The notes under the pieces: generated by a model
The model's database searches: none
Seen by the model: the letters and a program-made list of their open reading frames with translations, nothing else
Told to the model about the DNA's origin: nothing
Position numbers and translations under genes: made by a program
From: a virus
Lineage: Duplodnaviria; Caudoviricetes
Direction: 5' to 3' (one strand)
Length of the DNA stretch: 63,248 nucleotides
Virus record (IMG/VR): IMGVR_UViG_3300019887_000001
Span: 1 to 63,248 of that record
In this document: positions 26,749-35,036 of the stretch, piece by piece
Layout: each line of letters opens with the position of its first letter
How positions within the stretch are numbered: position 1 is the stretch's first letter

Positions 26749-28019
26749 CAGAATGCAGCGGGCGCCTGCTCCGCCTGAGCCTGCGACTCCATCCGGTCCT
26801 CGAGCTTCTCGATTGCGCGAATGACCTCCTCTTTTGAGGCCGGGAATGAGGCAATCAGACAGTCATCCCGTTCGACCTCGCGCCGACCCGCTTCCTCGAA
26901 CAATGTCGTCAGCTTCTGCGCGAGCTGCGACCGTGGTCCAACCGTCTCAATCTTGTCCGAAGCAGCAGGCGCAGATCCGTCCGTATCCGTCGATCCAGTC
27001 TCCTGGTCTTCCGGTTTTGGGTCTGTTGCCTGCAGGACCTCGCCAGACTGCGGGTCAACTCCCGCGGTCTGTGCCTTCCTGTTGTTGACCAGCGTCCGCA
27101 ACTGCTTACCCGCTTTGATCAACTCGTCGTCGGTGCGCGCGCCCGCGCGTGCGATCCAGTCCATCTCCTGGCCGACGATGACGTGCAGCTCAATTGCTTC
27201 CTTCACCAGGCTCGCGTACGCGTCGACCAGCCCACGATGACGCTCTGTCTGCTCAGGTGGTGCACTGGCCTCTGGACGCGGCTTAGCCTCTTCTGCGGCG
27301 ACCTCCGCGTGTGCTGCAAGGGCTGGACGCAATGGCGGCCCGCCGAGCGCGAACGACTCCTCGTCCGAACCGTGGATGCGCGCGTACTCTGCTGCCCGCA
27401 TCGGCACCTCAAGTCGCTCCATTTCCTCTTCGTGGGCCAACTCCAGCTCGTTCGTCTCACCCGGGCACGCTCGCAGCAACGAATGCATCTCCGCGGTTTT
27501 CGCCAGCATGTGCGCCGGCTTCTCGCGCCAGAATTGCGTGTCCCCCTTGAACTCGCGATAGTTGATAACTGTCCAGAGAGGTTCCTTCGCTCCGCGCATC
27601 CATACGCCAACCCGAGCTGCCGCAGGAGGCGTGTCCGAAGTCCAGATGTCTTTCCAGACACCGTCCTCAGCGCACCATTGCGGCCCAACCTGACCCGCGT
27701 AGGTCTTTGACCGCGACGCGATCAGGCGGACTCCGTTGATGCCCGTCTGCGGCGTCATGACGTACTTGCCGGCGTTCTTGTCGAAGCGTTGGATGAACCA
27801 GATCTGCCGCGGGACCGAGAGCGGGTCGAGACGCGTCCGCTGACAGACCAGGCCGATATGGTCGAGCTCGGCGAGCGTCATCGGCTGTTTCCACCCGCGC
27901 CCAATTTGCTCGATCACCTGACCGATGCGGTCCTCGCCAAAGACCTCGAGCGCGACCGGTGCCTGACGGTAGTCGATGATCGCCATCGCGGTCGACGGCT
28001 GTTGTTGAGTGACGGTCAT
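26748..28019 (-). CDS. bet: Single-strand annealing protein, RecT/Bet family
   Basis: LDP..RQIWFI.R, QTGINGVR.IA.RS..YAG, W.EKPAHMLAK.AE...L.RA.P. Confidence 0.85.
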   Translation of the reverse strand: MTVTQQQPSTAMAIIDYRQAPVALEVFGEDRIGQVIEQIGRGWKQPMTLAELDHIGLVCQRTRLDPLSVPRQIWFIQRFDKNAGKYVMTPQTGINGVRLIASRSKTYAGQVGPQWCAEDGVWKDIWTSDTPPAAARVGVWMRGAKEPLWTVINYREFKGDTQFWREKPAHMLAKTAEMHSLLRACPGETNELELAHEEEMERLEVPMRAAEYARIHGSDEESFALGGPPLRPALAAHAEVAAEEAKPRPEASAPPEQTERHRGLVDAYASLVKEAIELHVIVGQEMDWIARAGARTDDELIKAGKQLRTLVNNRKAQTAGVDPQSGEVLQATDPKPEDQETGSTDTDGSAPAASDKIETVGPRSQLAQKLTTLFEEAGRREVERDDCLIASFPASKEEVIRAIEKLEDRMESQAQAEQAPAAF

Positions 28020-28261
28020 GGGTGGAACTCCGAAAAGGCGTGATTGACGGCTATAGCGCGTAGCGCGGATTGCTCAGGGGCTTCCCCGCCCTCGCACAGG
28101 TCGCACGGGACCTCGATAGTGCAGTTGCACGGCGTCGAGGGCGAGCATTCGCCACAGGTACAGGCGATGGTTGCGCTCACTTTCGCGTGCGCCTCGCACT
28201 CGTGGACGACGTGCATCAGTGGACAATCGTCGCTCGTGAAGTACGAGTGGAACATTTTCAT
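28016..28261 (-). CDS. Cys-rich hypothetical protein
   Basis: Many Cys; coupled. Confidence 0.45.
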   Translation of the reverse strand: MKMFHSYFTSDDCPLMHVVHECEAHAKVSATIACTCGECSPSTPCNCTIEVPCDLCEGGEAPEQSALRAIAVNHAFSEFHP

Positions 28262-28446
28262 GGAGAACCCTTTGGATCAGGAAGTGGAACAATCAGCACG
28301 TCCGACCGGGGACACCAGGACCCGCGACAGGTGATGCCGTGTGAGTCTGCGTCCAGTAGAAAATCCAGGTCGTCGTCGATGGGAACCCCGTACGCCCCGG
28401 AGTAGATCCCGCCTGGTACCGGCACGAGGATGCTCAACCACGTCAT
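28258..28446 (-). CDS. Hypothetical protein
   Basis: ATGA-coupled both sides. Confidence 0.5.
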   Translation of the reverse strand: MTWLSILVPVPGGIYSGAYGVPIDDDLDFLLDADSHGITCRGSWCPRSDVLIVPLPDPKGSP

Positions 28447-28820
28447 TGCGGTAAGAGCAAGGCTTGCTCACTCCATTGGTAGAGCTGGGTGCGCACGTCC
28501 GCGACCCGTGTTGCCGGCGTGCACGCGTCGGTCGCCCACCACAGGTCGCCCTCCGGACCGACGATGACCTCGGCGACCTGCCAGGGCTCGTCCGGCATGC
28601 GCCGCACCGCATAGAAGCCCGCCGTTCTCGGCGCCTCACGTGTCGCCCGCGGCCTCAACGGGGCCCAGTGGGTGACAGACACTCCGGACATCTCCTCGTC
28701 CTCGAGGATCTCGCCGTCGCGCAACCGCTCTTCTCGCCGCGCGATTTCGCGATCCGATTCCCACTCGTCCTCCAGGTACGGCGGCACGAACTCCGCCTCT
28801 CGCGCCCATGGCAATCTCAT
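28443..28820 (-). CDS. Hypothetical protein
   Basis: GGAGG RBS before ATG 28820; PRTAGFYAVR motif. Confidence 0.55.
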   Translation of the reverse strand: MRLPWAREAEFVPPYLEDEWESDREIARREERLRDGEILEDEEMSGVSVTHWAPLRPRATREAPRTAGFYAVRRMPDEPWQVAEVIVGPEGDLWWATDACTPATRVADVRTQLYQWSEQALLLPQ

Positions 28821-28839
28821 TGGTCCTCCACCCGTAGCG

Positions 28840-29325
28840 TTAGCACCCGGACACCGTCCATTGAGAACGTCTGCCCATAGCCAGGTCGTACGCCATAACT
28901 CGACGCACATCGCCAAGGCTGTGGATGTTCAGCCACGGCATGCCCATCTCAGCGGTGTGCGCGCGCCACGTTGCTGGCATGTACTGACCAGGTCCCGTCG
29001 CTCCTGTGCCATGACGGTTAAGCACGTCAAGGCCGCCACTTTCCTTGGCGATAATGCAGTCGATCTGACCGGAAGCCGGTGGCGAACCGGCTCCGGTTCC
29101 AACACCGCTCGCTGGTTGGGCGAGCAGTCCTTCAAAACGCAGATAACTCACGGCATCGACCCCTGGCTGCGCCGCCAGGGCATCGGCGAGGTCACCTGGA
29201 TCAATCCCCACCTGATGCGCTAGCGCGACCGCATCGTCTTCCTGGGCCGCGTGAATCGATAGGGCAGCGCCGGCTACAACGCCTACGACCAATCCAAAGA
29301 TTGCCCCGAACGCGATCCTTGCCAT
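28840..29325 (-). CDS. Exported lysozyme-fold transglycosylase (Rpf/SLT-like)
   Basis: N-terminal TM/signal; CIIAKESGG (catalytic Glu), GPGQYMPATW, C-terminal QW...GC. Confidence 0.78.
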   Translation of the reverse strand: MARIAFGAIFGLVVGVVAGAALSIHAAQEDDAVALAHQVGIDPGDLADALAAQPGVDAVSYLRFEGLLAQPASGVGTGAGSPPASGQIDCIIAKESGGLDVLNRHGTGATGPGQYMPATWRAHTAEMGMPWLNIHSLGDVRRVMAYDLAMGRRSQWTVSGC

Positions 29326-30630
29326 TCAGTCTCCCCTTCGCATCATGTGGTCGACCGCGACAAGCCGATGCCCTAGCCACTCAGCGACAGTGGCGATAAC
29401 GCCGTTGCCGCACATCCGGTAGCGATGGCTGTCAGGGATCTCACGACCGTCAGCAGTCCAGCGTGTGTGCTCATCAGGCCAACCCATGAGGCGCTCACAT
29501 TCAAGTGGCGTCAGGCGACGAACACCGCAGCCGGGCCCGCTGACAGCGGGTCCGGCTGCTATCCCTAATCCCGTACCGACTTTGATCGGCGGGCACGTAT
29601 CGCCTGCATTGACGCCACGTGTTCCGCCAGTTGGTTGGAATGCGATCAGGTTGTCTGAGCAGTCGCCACGCGGACTGGAATGCCCATGATGTCCGTCGCT
29701 GGCGCGCTTCGCGCCAGCGACTACAAAGTTCTCAGTCTCGCCATCCATGCGATAGCCCGACGCGCGTGCCCTCACGGCACGCGCGTCGGGCTCAATGACG
29801 AGGTTCAGATCATCTTCGTGGTGTCGACCGGGAAGATTGCTGTTTGGGTGGCCGCCGGCCGTACGGCCGGCGGCCACATGGAGTTGCCCTGGCCATGCTT
29901 GATCGGCTCGGACGTTGCCGTGGTGACTTCCGATAGTGCCTGCAACGCTGTTAGCAGCGCTGGTGGGAGTTCCTTGCCCCGCTTCGCGGCGCGGCGCAGG
30001 ATGCCCGCCGCAGCTTTCGCAGACAGCCAGTACTTGCGCGGCACGGCGCGCGTCTCCAAGACATCCGACAAGGATCGGACGACGGCGCCGCTGGGGCACT
30101 CCGAACCAGCGGCCGTCCAGTATCCGCCAGGCCACGCCATACCCTGCGTCGACCAGGGTCCGCAGAACGATGCCGAAGTCAATTCCTGGTCGCTCGGGAG
30201 GACTGGATAAAAGTCCAGGGACATTCTCAGCGGCGATCCATCGTGGCCGCAGTTCTCGCACCACCCGCGCGAACTCATAGAAGAGACCGCTTCGCTCGCC
30301 GGAAAGTCCGGCCCGTTTACCGGCCACGCTGTGGTCCTGGCAGGGCCATCCTCCGTAGACGAGATCAACACTGGCGGCAGCGAGTGCCGTTCCTCCCAGC
30401 CGTTGAGCGTCGGAGACGTGGTCGTGTCCGACCACGTCTCCGCATCGCCCTTGAAGTGCGGCCGCGTCCACTTGGCGAACATCCGTTATGCACTCCGTCT
30501 CCGGCCAGTGGCGCGCGAGCACCTCTAGGCACCAGGGATCTTGTTCGACCTGAAGCATCGTGCGGATGCTGGCTCGGTCGAAGCCGATTTCAAAGCCACC
30601 CGCACCACTGAATAGTGAGACGGCCTTCAT
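29326..30630 (-). CDS. C5-cytosine DNA methyltransferase
   Basis: SLFSGAGG, GGWPCQ, ENVPG, PQRRRR, RRLTPLECERLMG, GNGV; TAATG-coupled ATG at 30630. Confidence 0.95.
   Translation of the reverse strand: MKAVSLFSGAGGFEIGFDRASIRTMLQVEQDPWCLEVLARHWPETECITDVRQVDAAALQGRCGDVVGHDHVSDAQRLGGTALAAASVDLVYGGWPCQDHSVAGKRAGLSGERSGLFYEFARVVRELRPRWIAAENVPGLLSSPPERPGIDFGIVLRTLVDAGYGVAWRILDGRWFGVPQRRRRPILVGCLGDARRAAQVLAVCESCGGHPAPRREAGQGTPTSAANSVAGTIGSHHGNVRADQAWPGQLHVAAGRTAGGHPNSNLPGRHHEDDLNLVIEPDARAVRARASGYRMDGETENFVVAGAKRASDGHHGHSSPRGDCSDNLIAFQPTGGTRGVNAGDTCPPIKVGTGLGIAAGPAVSGPGCGVRRLTPLECERLMGWPDEHTRWTADGREIPDSHRYRMCGNGVIATVAEWLGHRLVAVDHMMRRGD
29805..30482 (-). CDS. Overprinted alternative-frame ORF inside the methyltransferase
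   Basis: SLSDVLE...VPRKYWLSAKAAAGILRRAAKRGKELPPAL..AL, a motif I recall from alternate frames of phage C5-MTases. Confidence 0.65.
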   Translation of the reverse strand: MFAKWTRPHFKGDAETWSDTTTSPTLNGWEERHSLPPVLISSTEDGPARTTAWPVNGPDFPASEAVSSMSSRGWCENCGHDGSPLRMSLDFYPVLPSDQELTSASFCGPWSTQGMAWPGGYWTAAGSECPSGAVVRSLSDVLETRAVPRKYWLSAKAAAGILRRAAKRGKELPPALLTALQALSEVTTATSEPIKHGQGNSMWPPAVRPAATQTAIFPVDTTKMI

Positions 30631-30743
30631 TACGCACTCACCGCGGGACTCAGCACGTAGGCGACCACAAAGATGATCACCGCGGCGGCCACCATCAGAA
30701 TCCACAGCAGCACTTCGCCCCCGCCGCTTTCGTCGCGGGTCAT
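30630..30743 (-). CDS. Small single-TM protein (37 aa)
   Basis: MTRDESGGGEVLLWILMVAAAVIIFVVAYVLSPAVSA; coupled both sides. Confidence 0.5.
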   Translation of the reverse strand: MTRDESGGGEVLLWILMVAAAVIIFVVAYVLSPAVSA

Positions 30744-31141
30744 GGCTTCTGCACCGCTTCCTTGAAGCCATCCATGAGGCGGTCTTCCATGAGGGCTCGA
30801 ACACGTTTGAACTCCGCAGTCGCGGCGTTGCCTGCCGGCTCAATCTCCGAGTCGGTGTACGCCTTACAGCTAATGTCGACGCCGCGCGTGGACGTCTTCA
30901 CTTCGACGCTGCTGACGCGCTCCGAGGATCCCTTCCCCTGCGCATCGAGCGTCGCATTGATCTGCTGGAGCTGGTCGAGGATTGCCCCGAGCGTGTCCTC
31001 CAGGGATGGGCGATAACGGTTGCGCACCGATGCTGGCTGCTTGTCGAAGTCTTCGGTGTGGATGTCAGGACTCTTGTCGCCGGCCATGATCGCGGCTGCC
31101 GTCGCGTCCCGCTGCCATCGCGCGGCACCACCGTCACTCAT
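30740..31141 (-). CDS. Early protein sharing a motif with virion protein 1584-3677
   Basis: GGAARWQRDATAAA...IHTEDF..QP..V...Y. Confidence 0.7.
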   Translation of the reverse strand: MSDGGAARWQRDATAAAIMAGDKSPDIHTEDFDKQPASVRNRYRPSLEDTLGAILDQLQQINATLDAQGKGSSERVSSVEVKTSTRGVDISCKAYTDSEIEPAGNAATAEFKRVRALMEDRLMDGFKEAVQKP

Positions 31142-31641
31142 CGGATGACCCCTGAACGCTTGGTGAACGCGACGTCATCGGCGATCCACTCGACCTCTTG
31201 CTCGCTCAGGTCGGAGCCGTCGAGGACCTCGCCGGAGTCATGCATGTTGAGCGGCTGCGCGCCAATCACCGCGAGCGCCTCTTCGCTCTCCCGCTGGCGG
31301 TTCCACTCCTCGTTCTGCGCAGCTCGAGCTACGTCGCGTTCAGCTCGTTTCTGCTCCTCGCACGCCTTGTGCGAGTAGTTGTCCCAGTCGAGGAGCGCGA
31401 TCTGGCAATAGCCACACACGCGCGGCTGCGGGTTGACCGCGCGACGGATGTTCAGCGTTTCCGACTCGCCGAGCTGCACGCGGACCTGCGCGGTCGCACG
31501 CGCCATCAGCACGATAGTGACCTGCTCCGGATCCTCACCATCTCCGACCTCGGCGGTGTAGGACACCTCAGTCTGTTGGTGGCCATAATTACCATCTGAA
31601 AACATCTTCGAAACGCGGACGCTGACCGTGGTGACCTTCAT
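31138..31641 (-). CDS. Hypothetical early protein
   Basis: VSV..SK....GNY.....E....AEV..GED motif plus Zn finger; coupled to cro. Confidence 0.7.
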   Translation of the reverse strand: MKVTTVSVRVSKMFSDGNYGHQQTEVSYTAEVGDGEDPEQVTIVLMARATAQVRVQLGESETLNIRRAVNPQPRVCGYCQIALLDWDNYSHKACEEQKRAERDVARAAQNEEWNRQRESEEALAVIGAQPLNMHDSGEVLDGSDLSEQEVEWIADDVAFTKRSGVIR

Positions 31642-31850
31642 GCCGCCGCCCCAGTTGGCTCACTCGCGCGAAGCGAACTCTCAGAGACCCCGAGGATGTC
31701 CGCAGACATTGAGAAGAAATTCTCAGGCGGAGTCTCTTTGCCGTTCAGCCAGCGGCTGATCGTCGCCTCGCCTATTCCAAGACGTCGCGCGAGTTGGGCC
31801 TGGCTCATCCTCGGGACCTGATTGCGCAGTGCCGCTTTGATCGGATGCAT
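31638..31850 (-). CDS. cro: Cro-like XRE HTH protein
   Basis: MSQAQLARRLGIGEATISRWLNG; GGAGGAG RBS; divergent from repressor. Confidence 0.88.
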   Translation of the reverse strand: MHPIKAALRNQVPRMSQAQLARRLGIGEATISRWLNGKETPPENFFSMSADILGVSESSLRASEPTGAAA

Positions 31851-31876
31851 TCGCTCCTCCTCTTACTGCTGCATGC

Positions 31877-31906
31877 AGATTACCTTCCTGAGCCATACAG
31901 AGTCAA
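31877..31906 (-). promoter_or_regulatory. Sigma70-type promoter for cro/early operon
   Basis: TTGACT-18 nt-TAATCT on minus strand. Confidence 0.6.
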
Positions 31907-31934
31907 CCGTTCACAATTTCCATATGTAACAATC

Positions 31935-31963
31935 TTGACACTGCAAGGATTCGGCAGTAGGCT
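31935..31963 (+). promoter_or_regulatory. Sigma70-type promoter for repressor-integrase
   Basis: TTGACA-17 nt-TAGGCT. Confidence 0.72.
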
Positions 31964-31965
31964 GC

Positions 31966-32502
31966 ATGAAACAGATGCAGACCCCATTTGGCCAATGGTT
32001 GACTGAAAAGCTCGATGAACGTGGCTGGATCGCTGCCGACCTGACCAGAGCATCCCAGACGCCCGACAACCCCCGCGGACTCGATTCTGGCCTCATCAGC
32101 CGCTGGTTACGCGACGGGCCCCTGGCGGCCACCCCGACCCACGCCGAGACGCTCAGCCGTCTGGCGCACGCGTTCAGGGTCCCCGACAGCGAGGTCTACC
32201 GCGCCGCCGGTCGCCTCCCGCCCGACATTCCGTCGAACCCGATCCAGAGCGAGCTCGAAGAGCGTCTGCACCACCTCGGCACGATCCTGAGCAAGTACCC
32301 GCGAGCGTTCTGGCTCGCCGTGATTGAGGCGAGCGAACACTTTGCCGAATCGACGACGCCCCCGCCTTCACCCCCGGTTAGCGCCACCAAACCACACGTA
32401 CTTAACGCGCCCAGTAGGTCGCTAACTACGGCCACTTCGCGTCGCCGCAAGCGGTTAACGGATTCACAACCCGCCTTTGTGCCCGTCTCTCTCGCCGCCT
32501 GA
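31966..32502 (+). CDS. Immunity repressor (XRE HTH) with C-terminal -LAA tail
   Basis: FGQWL...LDERGW..ADL.R...GL....ISRW...LA.AF.V....VYRAAG; start may be ATG 31975. Confidence 0.82.
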   Translation: MKQMQTPFGQWLTEKLDERGWIAADLTRASQTPDNPRGLDSGLISRWLRDGPLAATPTHAETLSRLAHAFRVPDSEVYRAAGRLPPDIPSNPIQSELEERLHHLGTILSKYPRAFWLAVIEASEHFAESTTPPPSPPVSATKPHVLNAPSRSLTTATSRRRKRLTDSQPAFVPVSLAA

Positions 32503-32520
32503 TGCGCACGTAACGCGATT

Positions 32521-33567
32521 GTGACTCGACGGCCCCCGTCAATTCCCCTAGACGGGGCGGTACCGAAGACTGCCGATCCTTCTATCTTCCGCACCCTGAA
32601 CGGGAGGAAGATCGTGGATCTGTATGACGCAGCTTCGTACCACCAGTTAGCGCTCAACGCCGCAGGCAAGTCGCCGAACACCCTCAAGCTGTACCTGCTG
32701 TACGAGAAACGCTTTCTGGAATACCTCAACGCACGTCATATCGCCGCCGACCTGGACGCGCTGAACCCACTCTACGCACGCCAGGCCGTGCTCTGGTTTC
32801 AACAGCGCCGCGTTGGCACCCGCGGCGGCGTGTCCGCAACCGCGATGTTCCTGAACGTGCTCAAGACCTGGGCGTCGTTCCTCGAAGCGGAAGGCGTGTG
32901 GGCCGACTCGCCATTACGCCGCGTGCAGCGGGTCAAGGTGAGGAAGCTCGAGCGCCAGCCGTACACGCGAGCCGAGTGCAACGCGCTGTTGTATTCGTGC
33001 TCAGCCAGCTCGTCGCCGGAACGCGACCGATTCCTCGTGGAGCTGCTGCTCGGGTCGGGCGCGCGGATCGGCGAGGTGACCGGTCTGCGGCTCGGCGACG
33101 TCCGCTGGGATCGACGCACGATCCGCGTCCTCGGCAAGGGTAACCGTGAGCGGACGGTCCCGATCGGCGACCCCGAGCAATCCGACGGTGGGCCGGTCTG
33201 GCGCTCGTGGCGTGTGTACCTGAAGGTGCGCGCGGCGCAGGTCGATCGGATGCGCGGGCGCGCGCACGACCAGCTCTTTCTGACCCTGGCCGGCTACCCG
33301 CTGACCGCGGAAGGCGGTGCCGACGTCATCCGTCGCCTGGGTGGATCCGTCGGCGTCGAGGGTGCCCTTCCGCATCGTTTTCGCCACACCTTCTGCACGG
33401 TGTATCTGACGCGGTACCCGGGCGACGAGATCGGCCTGCGCCGCATCGTTGGCCACCTGTCCAAAGCCGTGCTCGCCGACTACGTCCATCTCGCGAACGC
33501 CGAGATCGCGCTGCGTGCCGGCCACGGGTCGCCGATGAGTGTCTGGCTTACTGAGAAGATTCGCTAG
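32521..33567 (+). CDS. int: Tyrosine integrase
   Basis: GARIGE, GKGNRER, HRFRH, GH, DYVH catalytic residues intact. Confidence 0.93.
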   Translation: MTRRPPSIPLDGAVPKTADPSIFRTLNGRKIVDLYDAASYHQLALNAAGKSPNTLKLYLLYEKRFLEYLNARHIAADLDALNPLYARQAVLWFQQRRVGTRGGVSATAMFLNVLKTWASFLEAEGVWADSPLRRVQRVKVRKLERQPYTRAECNALLYSCSASSSPERDRFLVELLLGSGARIGEVTGLRLGDVRWDRRTIRVLGKGNRERTVPIGDPEQSDGGPVWRSWRVYLKVRAAQVDRMRGRAHDQLFLTLAGYPLTAEGGADVIRRLGGSVGVEGALPHRFRHTFCTVYLTRYPGDEIGLRRIVGHLSKAVLADYVHLANAEIALRAGHGSPMSVWLTEKIR

Positions 33568-33943
33568 TCGTTTCCTGATCGGCCCAGGCGCGCAGCACGC
33601 GAATCAGTTGGGTGTTGAGACTCCGCCCCTCCCGCGCGGCCAACATTTTTGCCGTTGCAAGCAGGTCCTCAGGAAAGCGAACGGTACGGTGCAGTCTGGA
33701 GAGCGCTGGGTCACGCGGCGCACGTGGGCGCACCCCGTCTCCTTTGAGTTTGTTGCATAGCGAATGTGCTGGTTGCAGATTGGGCATCGTGTCCAAGCCA
33801 CCCTTGGCCCGCGCAATGACGTGGTCGATCTCCATATCGCCCCGCGCCACAGGTGTTCGGCAGATCCCACATAGTCCGTCGGCGCGTTCCCACAGGAAGT
33901 CGCGGAGCGCGTCAATCGTTGCCACGCTCAGGCCTCTTGGCAA
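33548..33943 (-). CDS. HNH nuclease fused to Arc-like ribbon-helix-helix
   Basis: CGIC..EIDHVIARAKGG...NLQPAH..CN..K; then TVRFPEDL.......AAREGRSLNTQLI. Confidence 0.82.
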   Translation of the reverse strand: MPRGLSVATIDALRDFLWERADGLCGICRTPVARGDMEIDHVIARAKGGLDTMPNLQPAHSLCNKLKGDGVRPRAPRDPALSRLHRTVRFPEDLLATAKMLAAREGRSLNTQLIRVLRAWADQETTSESSQ

Positions 33944-34073
33944 GTGCCCATGTCAGTAGCCATTTGACGGCAGCAGCCCTCGACTCAAAGCGCTGACTAA
34001 AACGGAACTCGTCGAGTTGGGCAATCAATTCGGGAGGTGCGACGAAGTTGAGAACGGGGGGCTTTTGTGACAT
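33912..34073 (-). CDS. CopG/RHH DNA-binding protein
   Basis: LNFV.PPELIAQLDEFRF.QRFESRAAAVKWLL; leaderless ATG at 34073. Confidence 0.75.
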   Translation of the reverse strand: MSQKPPVLNFVAPPELIAQLDEFRFSQRFESRAAAVKWLLTWALAKRPERGND

Positions 34074-34136
34074 ATTGCCAGTATAGACGACCACGTAGCC
34101 ATTGTCCATACGTCTTGTATCGGCTATACTCACTGC
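34074..34136. promoter_or_regulatory. Back-to-back leaderless promoters with overlapping -35 boxes
   Basis: Plus: TTGTCC-17-TATACT-6-ATG(34137). Minus: TGGACA-17-TATACT-6-ATG(34073). Confidence 0.75.
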
Positions 34137-34328
34137 ATGAGCCAGACAGTACCAGGGACTGAACCAGTACTCGAACGACTCGGCGCGATGATCGCCACCC
34201 TCGCTGGCGCGGTCGCCGCCGCCGACCTGTACCTCAACTCGTACGACACCTCGGCCCCGTCGCGCATCAAGGCCGAAACCCGCCTCGTCATCGAAGAGGC
34301 AATGGCGCTCATCAGACCACGGTCATGA
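34137..34328 (+). CDS. Hypothetical protein
   Basis: Leaderless first gene of plus-strand operon. Confidence 0.65.
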   Translation: MSQTVPGTEPVLERLGAMIATLAGAVAAADLYLNSYDTSAPSRIKAETRLVIEEAMALIRPRS

Positions 34329-34570
34329 GCGACAGCATGGACATCGCGGTAGCGACCGACCACTTACGCGAAGTCCGACGAACCCTCCAAGCCATCAATG
34401 GCTGCCCCTTCAACCTTCCGGACTACGAATTAGATTCGGCCATCGACATGTTGACTCGCCTCGCCAACAACGCAGCCATCATCCGCCACGAAGCCGTCGT
34501 CGCCAAGGCGCGCGCACTCAAAGCGAAGCGCGCCTTTGATCGCGACATGAGAAAGGCTCTCCGCTCATGA
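34325..34570 (+). CDS. Hypothetical protein
   Basis: ATGA-coupled. Confidence 0.6.
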   Translation: MSDSMDIAVATDHLREVRRTLQAINGCPFNLPDYELDSAIDMLTRLANNAAIIRHEAVVAKARALKAKRAFDRDMRKALRS

Positions 34571-34691
34571 GCCGCAAGCCCTGGATCCAAGCTCGCAACC
34601 CGAACGTCTTCGTCATCCTGTGCTCCCAGTGCGGGCAGCACCACGACCGTCGCATCGCCTGCGGCACACTCGGGAAGTCGGTCTCGAAGTC

Positions 34692-35036
34692 ATGACGTAC
34701 CAAACCCTGACTGTCGGCAAGACTGTCGCCGAACGCCGCGTGCAACGAGCCGAGGTCCTGGCATCGAACAGCCGCCAGTGGATCGCTTGTTCGACTCGAT
34801 TTGCCGGTTCAGCTCGCGGCGAATCGGTGGTGTGGGCCATCCCGTCGCAGTCGGTGCTCGGCCTGTGGCACCTCGCTACGGACCAGGGATGCGGATGCCA
34901 CGATGCACGGCGCCGCAGCGGTCGCTGCAAGCACCAACTCGCAATCCGATTGGTCCTCGCACAACATGGGCTCCGCCCCGAAGAGCGGACAAACAGCCGT
35001 CGCAACGGACATGTCAACGGAAAGGTTCTGCCATGA
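34692..35036 (+). CDS. SWIM Zn-finger protein
   Basis: IPSQS...WH.....CGC.D......RCKHQLA. Confidence 0.72.
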   Translation: MTYQTLTVGKTVAERRVQRAEVLASNSRQWIACSTRFAGSARGESVVWAIPSQSVLGLWHLATDQGCGCHDARRRSGRCKHQLAIRLVLAQHGLRPEERTNSRRNGHVNGKVLP

